A stretch of 64,000 nt of DNA from Phycisphaerales bacterium (GTDB taxonomy: Bacteria; Planctomycetota; Phycisphaerae; UBA1845). A model generated the notes under the pieces. The model was not told where the DNA came from. It worked only from the letters and a program-made list of their open reading frames with translations, and did no database searches. Below are positions 45,987-54,825 of this stretch, piece after piece; the first letter of the stretch is position 1, and each line of letters starts with the position of its first letter. Location of the stretch: positions 4,993,559 to 5,057,558 of the forward strand of contig CP070744.1 in NCBI GenBank assembly GCA_020348265.1, in the 5' to 3' direction. Both the position numbers and the translations under genes were made by a program.

Positions 45987-46142
45987 CTGTTCACCTTTGT
46001 GCAAGCAGCTTCTACGTTCCTCCGCACGTGCGTATAAATCATACTGGATGGAGAGTGCTGGGACAGCCGACCCAGGATTGACCAGCGGCAACGGCCAACC
46101 GAGAATCCAACAGGCAAGCGGAGCTGTTGCCTGCGGAAGATA

Positions 46143-46994
46143 TTGGAATTCGGAAGGAAACTCCCCGTGCCACCGGAACGCCGTCTCAAGCGAAGCCGCG
46201 AGAAAACGATCCTGCGCGTGATTATCGCCGTACTATTGCTCTGCTCGGCCGGTGCCATCGGTTTTCGCGTCTGGCAGTGGGGGGTCGTGCCGGGTGATGC
46301 GCCGATCATTGGACTGTCGCTTGACACCGCTTGGCACAGTCGGCTTGGGTTTACCAGCAAGACCTATGAAACCGCGCTTTCCCGAGTGGACGCACGAGTC
46401 CGGTCGATCCGTCCGGACATGCATTCAGCCAAAGACGTCTTGGACGACGTTCATGCGTTGATTCTATCAGGCGGCGGTGATGTCGATCCGGCGTTGTCCG
46501 GTGCGGATCCGAGCAGTTCGCGGTTCGTGGATCGTGAGCGAGATGAGCTGGAGATGGCCCTGATCCAAGGAGCCATCGAACGACGCATGCCCATCTTGGG
46601 AATCTGCCGCGGAATTCAGATACTGAATGTCGCCCACGGCGGCACGCTCCGTGGGCTGCGCAACGACCCATTCCTGCATGATATTCACGGAGTGACATGG
46701 GACAGTCTCAGCGCGCACGACGTGACCATTATGGACGACTCGCTCTTGGCGCGAATCGTGGGGGCAGGTGAGCACAGCGTAAACTCAATGCATGAGCAGG
46801 CGGTGGATCAACTCGGCGAAGGACTTCGCGCGGTTGCCCGATCCCCGGACGGAACGATCGAGGCATTGGAGCGGACGGATCGGCGATTCGTGATCGGCAT
46901 TCAATGGCACCCGGAGATCCTGTCTCTGGAGGACTCCAGTGCCCTGGCGGTGTTTCGGGCGCTTGTCCACGAGGCAAACGCCTACAGGGAATGA
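46143..46994 (+). CDS. class I glutamine amidotransferase-like / gamma-glutamyl hydrolase (peptidase C26, PuuD-like) with N-terminal TM anchor
   Basis: ILGICRGIQILNVAHGGTL (catalytic Cys), HALILSGGGDVDP, IQWHPE. Confidence 0.8.
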   Translation: MEFGRKLPVPPERRLKRSREKTILRVIIAVLLLCSAGAIGFRVWQWGVVPGDAPIIGLSLDTAWHSRLGFTSKTYETALSRVDARVRSIRPDMHSAKDVLDDVHALILSGGGDVDPALSGADPSSSRFVDRERDELEMALIQGAIERRMPILGICRGIQILNVAHGGTLRGLRNDPFLHDIHGVTWDSLSAHDVTIMDDSLLARIVGAGEHSVNSMHEQAVDQLGEGLRAVARSPDGTIEALERTDRRFVIGIQWHPEILSLEDSSALAVFRALVHEANAYRE

Positions 46995-47000
46995 AACTAG

Positions 47001-48656
47001 CTAATCCTGCCTGTCGCCGCGCCGCTGTCGCAGCGCCAGCACCGCACAGAAATACAGGAACAGGAAGTTAAGCGCGTGATAGCCTGCATGGGCAATTGCC
47101 CCGGCAATCGTGCCGAGGTCCTCGGCATCACCAAAAAGACGCGACGCCAGCCTCGAGGGCCAGGCGAGCAACCATCCAAGATTGTTGCTGGTTGGTTCCC
47201 AGTTTATCAGAAAGATCGACGTTGCGAACAGGAGTGAGGTAAGCAGAAGAACTCCCCAGGTAGGTCGGCGAAGCATGTCCCGCAAGCGCCGGCGTGGTCT
47301 TTCCGTCTCCAGATCTTCCTCGGAGGTGAGCACGCCCATCGACAGCTTGCCGTGTTTGAGGGCCAGCGCGATCGGATAAAGTACGCCCAGGGCGGGCTTG
47401 GGATCGTCAGCCTGAATAACGTCGCTGATCGTGTCCTGGTGCTTCTCGAACATACCTTTCAGGTACGCACTCAAATCCTTGGGGTCGGCGGCCTGTTTCA
47501 GAGCGTCCCAGAAGGGCCTGAGCCGTATGCTCTGCAGGTCTGATCGGCCAACAACCTTGAGTTCGCGGTACACCTTTTCGAAGCGACGCAGGCGCTCTTT
47601 GTCGTGGGCGATTTCCTGCAACGTCGCCACCAGCCCGGTGATGGGCGTCTCCGTCCGCTTGTCATAGTCCACCTCGGGTACTGCGTCGATTTGTTCTCCG
47701 CAGGCAATACGGAACAACAGATGTGGATAATCGACGTTGGCGGCAATGGCCTGGGACAACCCCCCGAAAAACCGGGGATTCAGTTCAATCAAAAACACGG
47801 GACCATCCGGGGCGCCGCGGAAATCCAGCTCAGCTATTCCGTGCCATGCGAGATGATCGAGCAGTCTTCGTGCGGCCCGTTCCGCCTCAGGAAGTTGTAC
47901 GGTCTCGCGCAAGGCTCCTGCGCCCGTATCTCTCGGAAAGGAACGCACGTTGCGATATGTCATCCCCGCAACATATCTGCCGTGGTCGTAGAGCATGGTC
48001 GTGCAGTAGTCCTCCCCCTCGACGAACTGCTGCACGATCGGGTATTCCGACGGTTCGAGGCCGAAGCCGGTGACGAAGTCCTTGAAAGATGAAGTCAGCT
48101 CTTCTGGTGAGCTTACTCTCTTGAGCCCCACACCGGCGGCACCTTCACGCACTTTGAGAAACGCTGGAAAACCCAGTTCCGGGACTGCCCGATACAGTTC
48201 GTCGGTGCTGGTGAACTGTCGCGTAGGCGGAGTCGGGATTCCCAACTCTGCAGCCAAGGACGCCAGCTTACCCTTATCATGCGTGCGGACCATGTTCTCG
48301 TGTGTGGTAAGCGCCAGTCTGACATGCGGCTCGAATCGCTGTCGATGCTGGGCGATCAGCCACGTCTCTTTGTGCACGGGGATAAGAACGTAGGGTTCGT
48401 CCGCAGTGAGCTTCAGCTCCCCGACCTTCTGCTCGAGAGCATCAAGAAAAGCCGCGGGTTGGTCGGATACCGAGGGGTATTGAAAGTCGCCCGTGCAGTA
48501 TCGCGAGAAGAAGCAAGGGGCGAAGGGAGCTTCTTCCCCGCAGTACACCTCGATTCCCCGGCGTCCGAGACTCCGTGTGATGGCCAACGCATGCCAACCG
48601 CGCGCGTATGTGACGATCGCTCGAGCCATAGCCTTCTCCGAAGCGTAGAGTCGCAC
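47001..48656 (-). CDS. ATP-grasp domain protein with C-terminal transmembrane segment
   Basis: ATP-grasp fold signatures (GFPAFLKVREGAAGVGLKRV, ELNPRFFGG) and C-terminal hydrophobic helices (WGVLLLTSLLFATSIFLINW). Confidence 0.7.
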   Translation of the reverse strand: MRLYASEKAMARAIVTYARGWHALAITRSLGRRGIEVYCGEEAPFAPCFFSRYCTGDFQYPSVSDQPAAFLDALEQKVGELKLTADEPYVLIPVHKETWLIAQHRQRFEPHVRLALTTHENMVRTHDKGKLASLAAELGIPTPPTRQFTSTDELYRAVPELGFPAFLKVREGAAGVGLKRVSSPEELTSSFKDFVTGFGLEPSEYPIVQQFVEGEDYCTTMLYDHGRYVAGMTYRNVRSFPRDTGAGALRETVQLPEAERAARRLLDHLAWHGIAELDFRGAPDGPVFLIELNPRFFGGLSQAIAANVDYPHLLFRIACGEQIDAVPEVDYDKRTETPITGLVATLQEIAHDKERLRRFEKVYRELKVVGRSDLQSIRLRPFWDALKQAADPKDLSAYLKGMFEKHQDTISDVIQADDPKPALGVLYPIALALKHGKLSMGVLTSEEDLETERPRRRLRDMLRRPTWGVLLLTSLLFATSIFLINWEPTSNNLGWLLAWPSRLASRLFGDAEDLGTIAGAIAHAGYHALNFLFLYFCAVLALRQRRGDRQD

Positions 48657-49391
48657 AGTAACGGCACAACAGAAGAGCTTTATCGGGCAGGCTTGTCAAC
48701 CTATCCGAACGGCTGCTTGTCACTCACGGGAGGCCACTTGTTGTGTGCTATACTCGTCGAAGTCACCCTCTCGGTGAGGGCCCTTCTTGCTCGGTCCGAG
48801 CTTGCAGTCCCAATCGCTGCAGATCCATGATGCGTGGCCGTGCAGGTACAGAGTGTGTGAAGTGCCACTCTTATGTCGCTATACTGACGTTCCTGAGGGA
48901 TCGGGCTTCCGGCCTACAACGACTCAAGATTGCCGAGGCCATGCGTCAATCGCATCCACAAGCAGTCTCGGATCGAAGGGCATAGCGCTTCCCCTCCGAC
49001 TGGCGTGATCGACATTCGCACGATTCAACCGCCGGACAGCCAGCCGCCCGATGTTCGGGAAGAGAGAAGAACGTCCGATAATGCAGCCGCGCCGCTGTCG
49101 GGCTGGTGGGTCTCTGTGATCCCTAAACGCTTCCGTGGCAATCGGGGCGCAGTTGGGGACCCGACGTGGCTAGGTTATTCCGTAAGAATCTGTCAGGCTC
49201 TGGGAGATAATGTTAGGTTTCGTTAGCTCGATTCGGTACAATTCTCGCATTGATGTACCGGTACGCGCGTTTTCTACGGAGAAGGCGCGCGAACGACTGA
49301 GGGGCCACTAAGGCGTCAGCGGATAAGATTAAGACCGGGTTTGCGCCACGTAGGTCTGAGTCTTGTCTATGGAGAATGGGGGTATCGAGAA

Positions 49392-52121
49392 ATGTCGTTC
49401 AACAGCTCATCCCGTTTTGCTAAGCGTGCATTCCTGGATTGTGCCACTGCGTGTGTGACAATCTTTGCGATCACTTCTGCCGCGATCGCTCATCCGCCGA
49501 CGGGCGCAGGAGGCAAGGAACAACGGCCTATGTGCGGGCACGCCCGGGCCATGCTGCAGCGATTCCGGGCGGAGCAGGCGGCCAAGGAGGCTGATACGAC
49601 TGGCGAGGTTGCGATGGCGTTGCGCGAGGCCATGAACGAGACCGACGTCCTGCACTACGACCTCGACATCGAGATCAGCGACATCGATACGGGTGCAGAG
49701 ACTTTCTCCATTGCGGGCAGCAACCGTATTACCATACGCAGTCTGGTGCCGGATCTTACGGAGTTCACGTTCAGGCTCCACGACGTGTACGCCGTTAGCG
49801 CTGCTTATGTCAACGACACGACACCCATCGTGGTTACCATCACGAGTGCGACCACACGAGTGGCGACGCTGGATCGAACCTACGGAGTCGATGAAGAATT
49901 CACCCTCACGATCGAGTACAGCGGGACATACGCGACGGATACACCCTACGGTGGGTACGTGTTCATAACCACCCAGGCGGGCATTCCGGTTATTGCCACG
50001 ATGAGCGCGGCTTACGGCGCGTTCACATGGTGGCCCTGCAAGGATGGGGACTACGAAGCGCTGGGGGACAATTCCGACAAGGCCCTGACGGAGTTTTCCA
50101 TAACTGTGGCGGACAACTTTTTTGTTCCTTCCAACGGCGTATTGCAGAGTACCGAGCCGCTGCTTGACAATCGCGTACGCTACACTTGGGCAACGATCAA
50201 CCCTATGACCACATATCATCTCTGCTTCGCGGTAAGTGAATACGAGTCGTGGCACGATACGTACGACTATTCAAGGGGATCGATGCCGGTCGATTTCTAC
50301 ATCTGGGCTGTAGACAATACGGCGGCGCATCGTGCTGTTTGGAATCTTAACCTCGACATGCTCCCCGTTTTCTCCAGTCTCTGGGGAGAATACCCTTTCG
50401 TAGACGAGAAATACGGGATCTACGAGGCGCCGTGGTATGGCGGAATGGAGCACCAGACCATGACCGGCCAGGGGGGCGCCTGGGGATGGCAGGAGTGGCT
50501 TAACGCCCATGAGCTGGCCCACAGCTGGTGGGGCAACATGATCACCTGCGAGACCTGGAGTGACACTTGGCTAAACGAAGGGTTCGCGGTTCTTGGCGAG
50601 GCACTTTGGTTTGAGTTCAAATATGGGACGCAGGACGTGGAAGCGTACATCGCCAGCATGCAGGATAATAGACCTTTCGGCGCCGGCGCCGGTAACACGG
50701 TGTACATATATCCGGAAGACTTGACTGAATGGCGTATATGGAATCACGATTACACGTATAACAAGGCCGCCTGGGTGCTGCACATGCTCCGCCACTTGGT
50801 GGGTGATGCGACTTTCTTCGACATCATCGCCAACTACCGGGCGGCGTATGAATACGATGCAGCTACTACCGAGGAGTTCATCGCTGTCGTGTCGAGTACC
50901 TACGGACAGGATCTTCACTGGTTCTTCGACCAATGGGTCTACAACGCCGGGGCTCCTACGTACAGGTATGGCTGGCAGAGCGTAGACGTGTACGGGCAGA
51001 ATTGCCTTCACTTGCAGATCGAGCAAGTCCAGAACATCGCCTATCCGGTGTTCACCATGCCCGTGGATGTCGTCGCAACGATCGACGGAAGTCCGCAGAC
51101 CCTCACGGTGTGGAACGACGCGCGCTCCCAGCGGTTTACCGTTCCCGTTAATGGCGCGGTGACTGACGTCCAGTTCGATCCAATGCCTTGGATTCTACGT
51201 AATAGCGTGCCTTACGAGCAGTTCTCGATCATGGTGGGTGATACTGATGGGAATCTCGCTATAGACATGGATGACTTTGCCGTTCTTGAAGGATGCTACA
51301 CGGGACCGGGTGTGCAGCTTGCAGCGGGTTGTGAGGCGCTGGACTTTGACGGTGATGGTGACATCGACTGCATCGATTGGCGGCAGTTTGCCGAGGCTTG
51401 GACAGGTCCCGGTGAACGGCCCACCTTCGGACCCTGCCCCTATGAAGGTCCCCTGGCAGCGCCCGCACCGCACGATACAAGGAAAAACCGCTACATCTCG
51501 TTCGACCCGAGTAACGAAGATGCCGTTGCGTTTCAGGTGGAGTTGGCCGAGGGACCCGGCGCTACCGGTGCGCTGGGTTGGGTCGGTGAGCCGATCGATC
51601 CGAGTTGCCAGAATGAAGACGGCAGCCCCAACGGGAATCCTTGCGACGGTGTAGATTTCGTCGCGAGAGTGGTGGACACACCGGCAATCCGCACGTGGAA
51701 CGAGGAGACGGTGCATCTGACCGGCTGCGAGATCGTACCGGTTGCCACCTACGAACTGCGGGCTTCACCTGACGGTGTCGTGCTGACCCTCCCGCTTGAA
51801 GTGGGGACAATCATCAAACCCACCGTCTGGTATTACGGCGATACGGTAGGCGTGGGCACCGGTGAGTTACTGCCCGCTATGGGCTATACGGCGCCAAACC
51901 AGATAGTCAATGTCAACGATGTGACAGCTTACCTCCTGACCGTGGATGGAGATACCAGTCCCAGTGTGCACCCCACCTGGGTGGATCTGCATGGGTTAAG
52001 CGCTGGCGCCGTGCCGAACTACATTCTGAATGTCTCTGACCTGCAGCGGATCCTCTTTGGCTTGGAAGGCCAGGAGTACACCGATGCATCGGATCAGTTC
52101 AATCCGGCAGACTGTCCGTAG
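49392..52121 (+). CDS. secreted M1-family (gluzincin) aminopeptidase-like protein with internal dockerin-like module and C-terminal extension
   Basis: GGMEH (GxMEN) plus HELAHSWWGN...x18...E zinc motif. Signal peptide after Met 49392. Internal DTDGNLAIDMDDFAVLEGCYTGPG...LDFDGDGDIDCIDWRQFAEAWTG. Confidence 0.8.
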   Translation: MSFNSSSRFAKRAFLDCATACVTIFAITSAAIAHPPTGAGGKEQRPMCGHARAMLQRFRAEQAAKEADTTGEVAMALREAMNETDVLHYDLDIEISDIDTGAETFSIAGSNRITIRSLVPDLTEFTFRLHDVYAVSAAYVNDTTPIVVTITSATTRVATLDRTYGVDEEFTLTIEYSGTYATDTPYGGYVFITTQAGIPVIATMSAAYGAFTWWPCKDGDYEALGDNSDKALTEFSITVADNFFVPSNGVLQSTEPLLDNRVRYTWATINPMTTYHLCFAVSEYESWHDTYDYSRGSMPVDFYIWAVDNTAAHRAVWNLNLDMLPVFSSLWGEYPFVDEKYGIYEAPWYGGMEHQTMTGQGGAWGWQEWLNAHELAHSWWGNMITCETWSDTWLNEGFAVLGEALWFEFKYGTQDVEAYIASMQDNRPFGAGAGNTVYIYPEDLTEWRIWNHDYTYNKAAWVLHMLRHLVGDATFFDIIANYRAAYEYDAATTEEFIAVVSSTYGQDLHWFFDQWVYNAGAPTYRYGWQSVDVYGQNCLHLQIEQVQNIAYPVFTMPVDVVATIDGSPQTLTVWNDARSQRFTVPVNGAVTDVQFDPMPWILRNSVPYEQFSIMVGDTDGNLAIDMDDFAVLEGCYTGPGVQLAAGCEALDFDGDGDIDCIDWRQFAEAWTGPGERPTFGPCPYEGPLAAPAPHDTRKNRYISFDPSNEDAVAFQVELAEGPGATGALGWVGEPIDPSCQNEDGSPNGNPCDGVDFVARVVDTPAIRTWNEETVHLTGCEIVPVATYELRASPDGVVLTLPLEVGTIIKPTVWYYGDTVGVGTGELLPAMGYTAPNQIVNVNDVTAYLLTVDGDTSPSVHPTWVDLHGLSAGAVPNYILNVSDLQRILFGLEGQEYTDASDQFNPADCP

Positions 52122-52278
52122 AAGGCCAGCCGTTTAGACAACCTCTTCCTGCGCTTGTCAGCGAATAGTATCTCTCGCTTGCCGGTGCATGCTTGAAGCA
52201 CCCACGCCCCCGGGGTAGGATAGCGTCTTGATGCTCTATGAATGGGAACCGTAGGCTCCAAGACAACCCGCCGGAATC

Positions 52279-53067
52279 ATGACCATAGGTCTTTCATCTT
52301 CGATCATTATGATTGCCGTAGTCCTGGCCCCGACCGTCGAGGGGCCTGACGACGCCCCTGAGGCGTACCACAGCACGGCTTACGGCTACCATCTCGAGGT
52401 ACCGCCCGGATGGGTTGAGATCCCCAAAGACGCGATGGAAATGATGTCCGCTTTTCTGCTGAACCAGGATGTTGAGCAGAAGATCATCCATGATGCAGGG
52501 TTCCAGCTTGCCTCCGCCGGGCACTGGCTTGAGTACCCATATGTTCTCGTACAACCGGTTATGTATGCCGACTATGGTCTGCACCGACAGATTAACGAGG
52601 ACGAGTTTCCCAGGCATGTGCAGTTGATGACCGGACTGGATGTCGACGAGCTTACCGAAGACGCCCTCTCCTCCCATGCACGCCAGCTTTTGGTCGACTT
52701 GGATGCCGAACGCCCGGAACTCGACGTTGTCCGTCGCCGATATCTCTGGCATCTGAACATGGATGCTAAGGGGTTTGGGCCAGTTCGTGGTCTTATTGCC
52801 GGTCACTTCGGGCGCGACTCCGTCGTTCAGGTCGCGTTCTACTCTCTTCGTTCTGATTGGGATCGCTACGCCGAGGTGCGGAGTGCGATCATCGACTCGT
52901 TCCGTTTCGATCCGGAAAAAGCGTATAGCATTGCCGTCGCACAGGCCAATCCTACCCCACCCCCCAGGTGGCACAGTGTTCTTAGAGGGGCCCTTATTGG
53001 CGCGATAGTTGGCGCCCTCTGGGGTGTGATTGGGATGATGAAGCGTAAGAGGAAAGTCCGCACCTAG
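52279..53067 (+). CDS. hypothetical secreted/membrane-anchored protein
   Basis: N-terminal hydrophobic signal, acidic body, and a C-terminal TM anchor (LRGALIGAIVGALWGVIGMM) with a basic tail. No family recognised. Confidence 0.5.
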   Translation: MTIGLSSSIIMIAVVLAPTVEGPDDAPEAYHSTAYGYHLEVPPGWVEIPKDAMEMMSAFLLNQDVEQKIIHDAGFQLASAGHWLEYPYVLVQPVMYADYGLHRQINEDEFPRHVQLMTGLDVDELTEDALSSHARQLLVDLDAERPELDVVRRRYLWHLNMDAKGFGPVRGLIAGHFGRDSVVQVAFYSLRSDWDRYAEVRSAIIDSFRFDPEKAYSIAVAQANPTPPPRWHSVLRGALIGAIVGALWGVIGMMKRKRKVRT

Positions 53068-53630
53068 GCACACAATCAAAGAACATGCAATCCGCCTCAC
53101 TTGCACGCACCGAAGCAGTTGACGCCCCATCGTGCATTCGATCGCATTGGGGTGGGTGACGCAGCCCCGCGGCACAGACCCACGTCGTCTGCAGTATCGG
53201 ATCTGTGGTGCCTGATCGCCGGAGGGGAGGGGTGTGAGGGCATCCCGCCCCCACATGGGCCGAAGCCGCCGGCAGTCACCCGGCCACGACTTGTCCGTCG
53301 AGTGTCCAAGGTTGCGGGTCAATCCGACACCACTCCAGGCCGATCGATTCGCGAGCGCGGCGGTGGTACACGGGCGTTTGCCTTTGGCGAGTGTCATACG
53401 TACATTCCTCTGCCCGACCGCGCCGGGTCTCCGACCAGCGATGGTACGCTGTTTGCAGGGCGCTCTTGAGGACGACACACGGGTTGCGGTGCGCGGCGAC
53501 AAGCGGCGGGATCGTACCGGTCGGCCAAATACAAGCGCCGGGTGGAAGGATGCTTCGAAGCAGTTATGCACAGCTACGGACTCGGACCCTGAGTCGAGGT
53601 CTGTAGCGTAAATCTCTTGGAGTTTTATCA

Positions 53631-54812
53631 GTGTCCAAACGGAAGATTGTAGCGATGCCCGGAGACGGGATCGGTAAGGTAGTCCTGCCCAGCGCTATTC
53701 GGGTGCTGGATGCCGTTGGGTTCGAGGCCGAGTATGTCCATGCAGATATCGGCTGGGAGTTCTGGATCAGGGACGGAAACGCCCTTCACCAGCGAACCAT
53801 CGACCTGCTGGCTGAGTACAAGTTGGGCTTGTTCGGAGCAATCACCTCCAAGCCGAAGGATCAGGCCGCCGCCGAGTTGTCGCCTGAGCTAAAGGACAAA
53901 GGCTACGTTTACAGTAGCCCAATCGTGGGATTGCGTCAGCACTTTGATCTGGACATCTGCATTCGACCTTGCCGGTCGTTCAAGGGTAACCCGCTGAACT
54001 TCATCCGCCGCGACGGCGATGGTTTCGCCGAGCCGCCGGTGGATGCGGTCATCTTCCGCCAGAACACCGAGGGACTCTATGCCGGGGTCGAGTGGACTGA
54101 TCCGCCACCCAACGTGCGTACGGCCCTCGAATCTCATGCCAGGATGGCGCGGTTCAAGGATACCCCGGGCAAGGACCTTGCCGTATCTACGCGCATCTTC
54201 ACCCGAAGGGCCTGCCAAAGAGTAACGCGGGAGGCTTTCGCCTACGCGAAGAAGTTCGGGTACCGCTCCGTTACGGTGTGTGAGAAGCCCAATGTGATCC
54301 GCGAGACCTCCGGAATGCTGCGGGCTGAGGCCCAGGCGGTCGCCAAGGAGTATCCAGAGATCGCCCTTTGGGAGACGAACATTGATGCCCAGATGATGTG
54401 GCTGACCAAGAACCCCGAAGACTACGGCGTGCTGGTATGCGGGAACATGTTCGGGGACATCGTCTCGGACGGGTTCGCCGGGCTGGTGGGCGGCCTCGGG
54501 TTTGCGTGCAGCGCCAACATAGGCCCGGAGGTAGCCGTCTTTGAGCCGACACACGGGTCGGCGCCGAAATACGAGACATTCGATCCGTCAATCGTCAACC
54601 CAATAGCAATGATTCTGTCGGCCTGCATGATGCTGGATCACATCGGCGAGAAGGATAAGTCTGATCGAATCCGGGCAGCCGTGGGTGCCGTCGTTGCGGA
54701 GGGAAAGACCCGCACCTACGACATGCTTCGCTTGCCCGGCCGGCAGGAAGTCCTCGAGCAGGGTGCAGCCAACACCACCCAAATGACCGACGCGATCATC
54801 GAGAGACTGTAG
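53631..54812 (+). CDS. isocitrate/isopropylmalate/homoisocitrate dehydrogenase-family beta-decarboxylating dehydrogenase (GTG start)
   Basis: KIVAMPGDGIGKVV N-terminal motif and NMFGDIVSDGFAGLVGGLG (the family's substrate/metal-binding D-x-x-D region). Confidence 0.85.
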   Translation: MSKRKIVAMPGDGIGKVVLPSAIRVLDAVGFEAEYVHADIGWEFWIRDGNALHQRTIDLLAEYKLGLFGAITSKPKDQAAAELSPELKDKGYVYSSPIVGLRQHFDLDICIRPCRSFKGNPLNFIRRDGDGFAEPPVDAVIFRQNTEGLYAGVEWTDPPPNVRTALESHARMARFKDTPGKDLAVSTRIFTRRACQRVTREAFAYAKKFGYRSVTVCEKPNVIRETSGMLRAEAQAVAKEYPEIALWETNIDAQMMWLTKNPEDYGVLVCGNMFGDIVSDGFAGLVGGLGFACSANIGPEVAVFEPTHGSAPKYETFDPSIVNPIAMILSACMMLDHIGEKDKSDRIRAAVGAVVAEGKTRTYDMLRLPGRQEVLEQGAANTTQMTDAIIERL

Positions 54813-54825
54813 CCGGAGTACGCAA

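Noticed and set aside
52294-53571. 425-aa minus-strand ORF overlapping the 52279-53067 plus-strand gene
   Set aside because: It has an Arg/Pro/Gly-rich junk composition, whereas the plus-strand ORF has a signal peptide, balanced composition and a C-terminal TM anchor.
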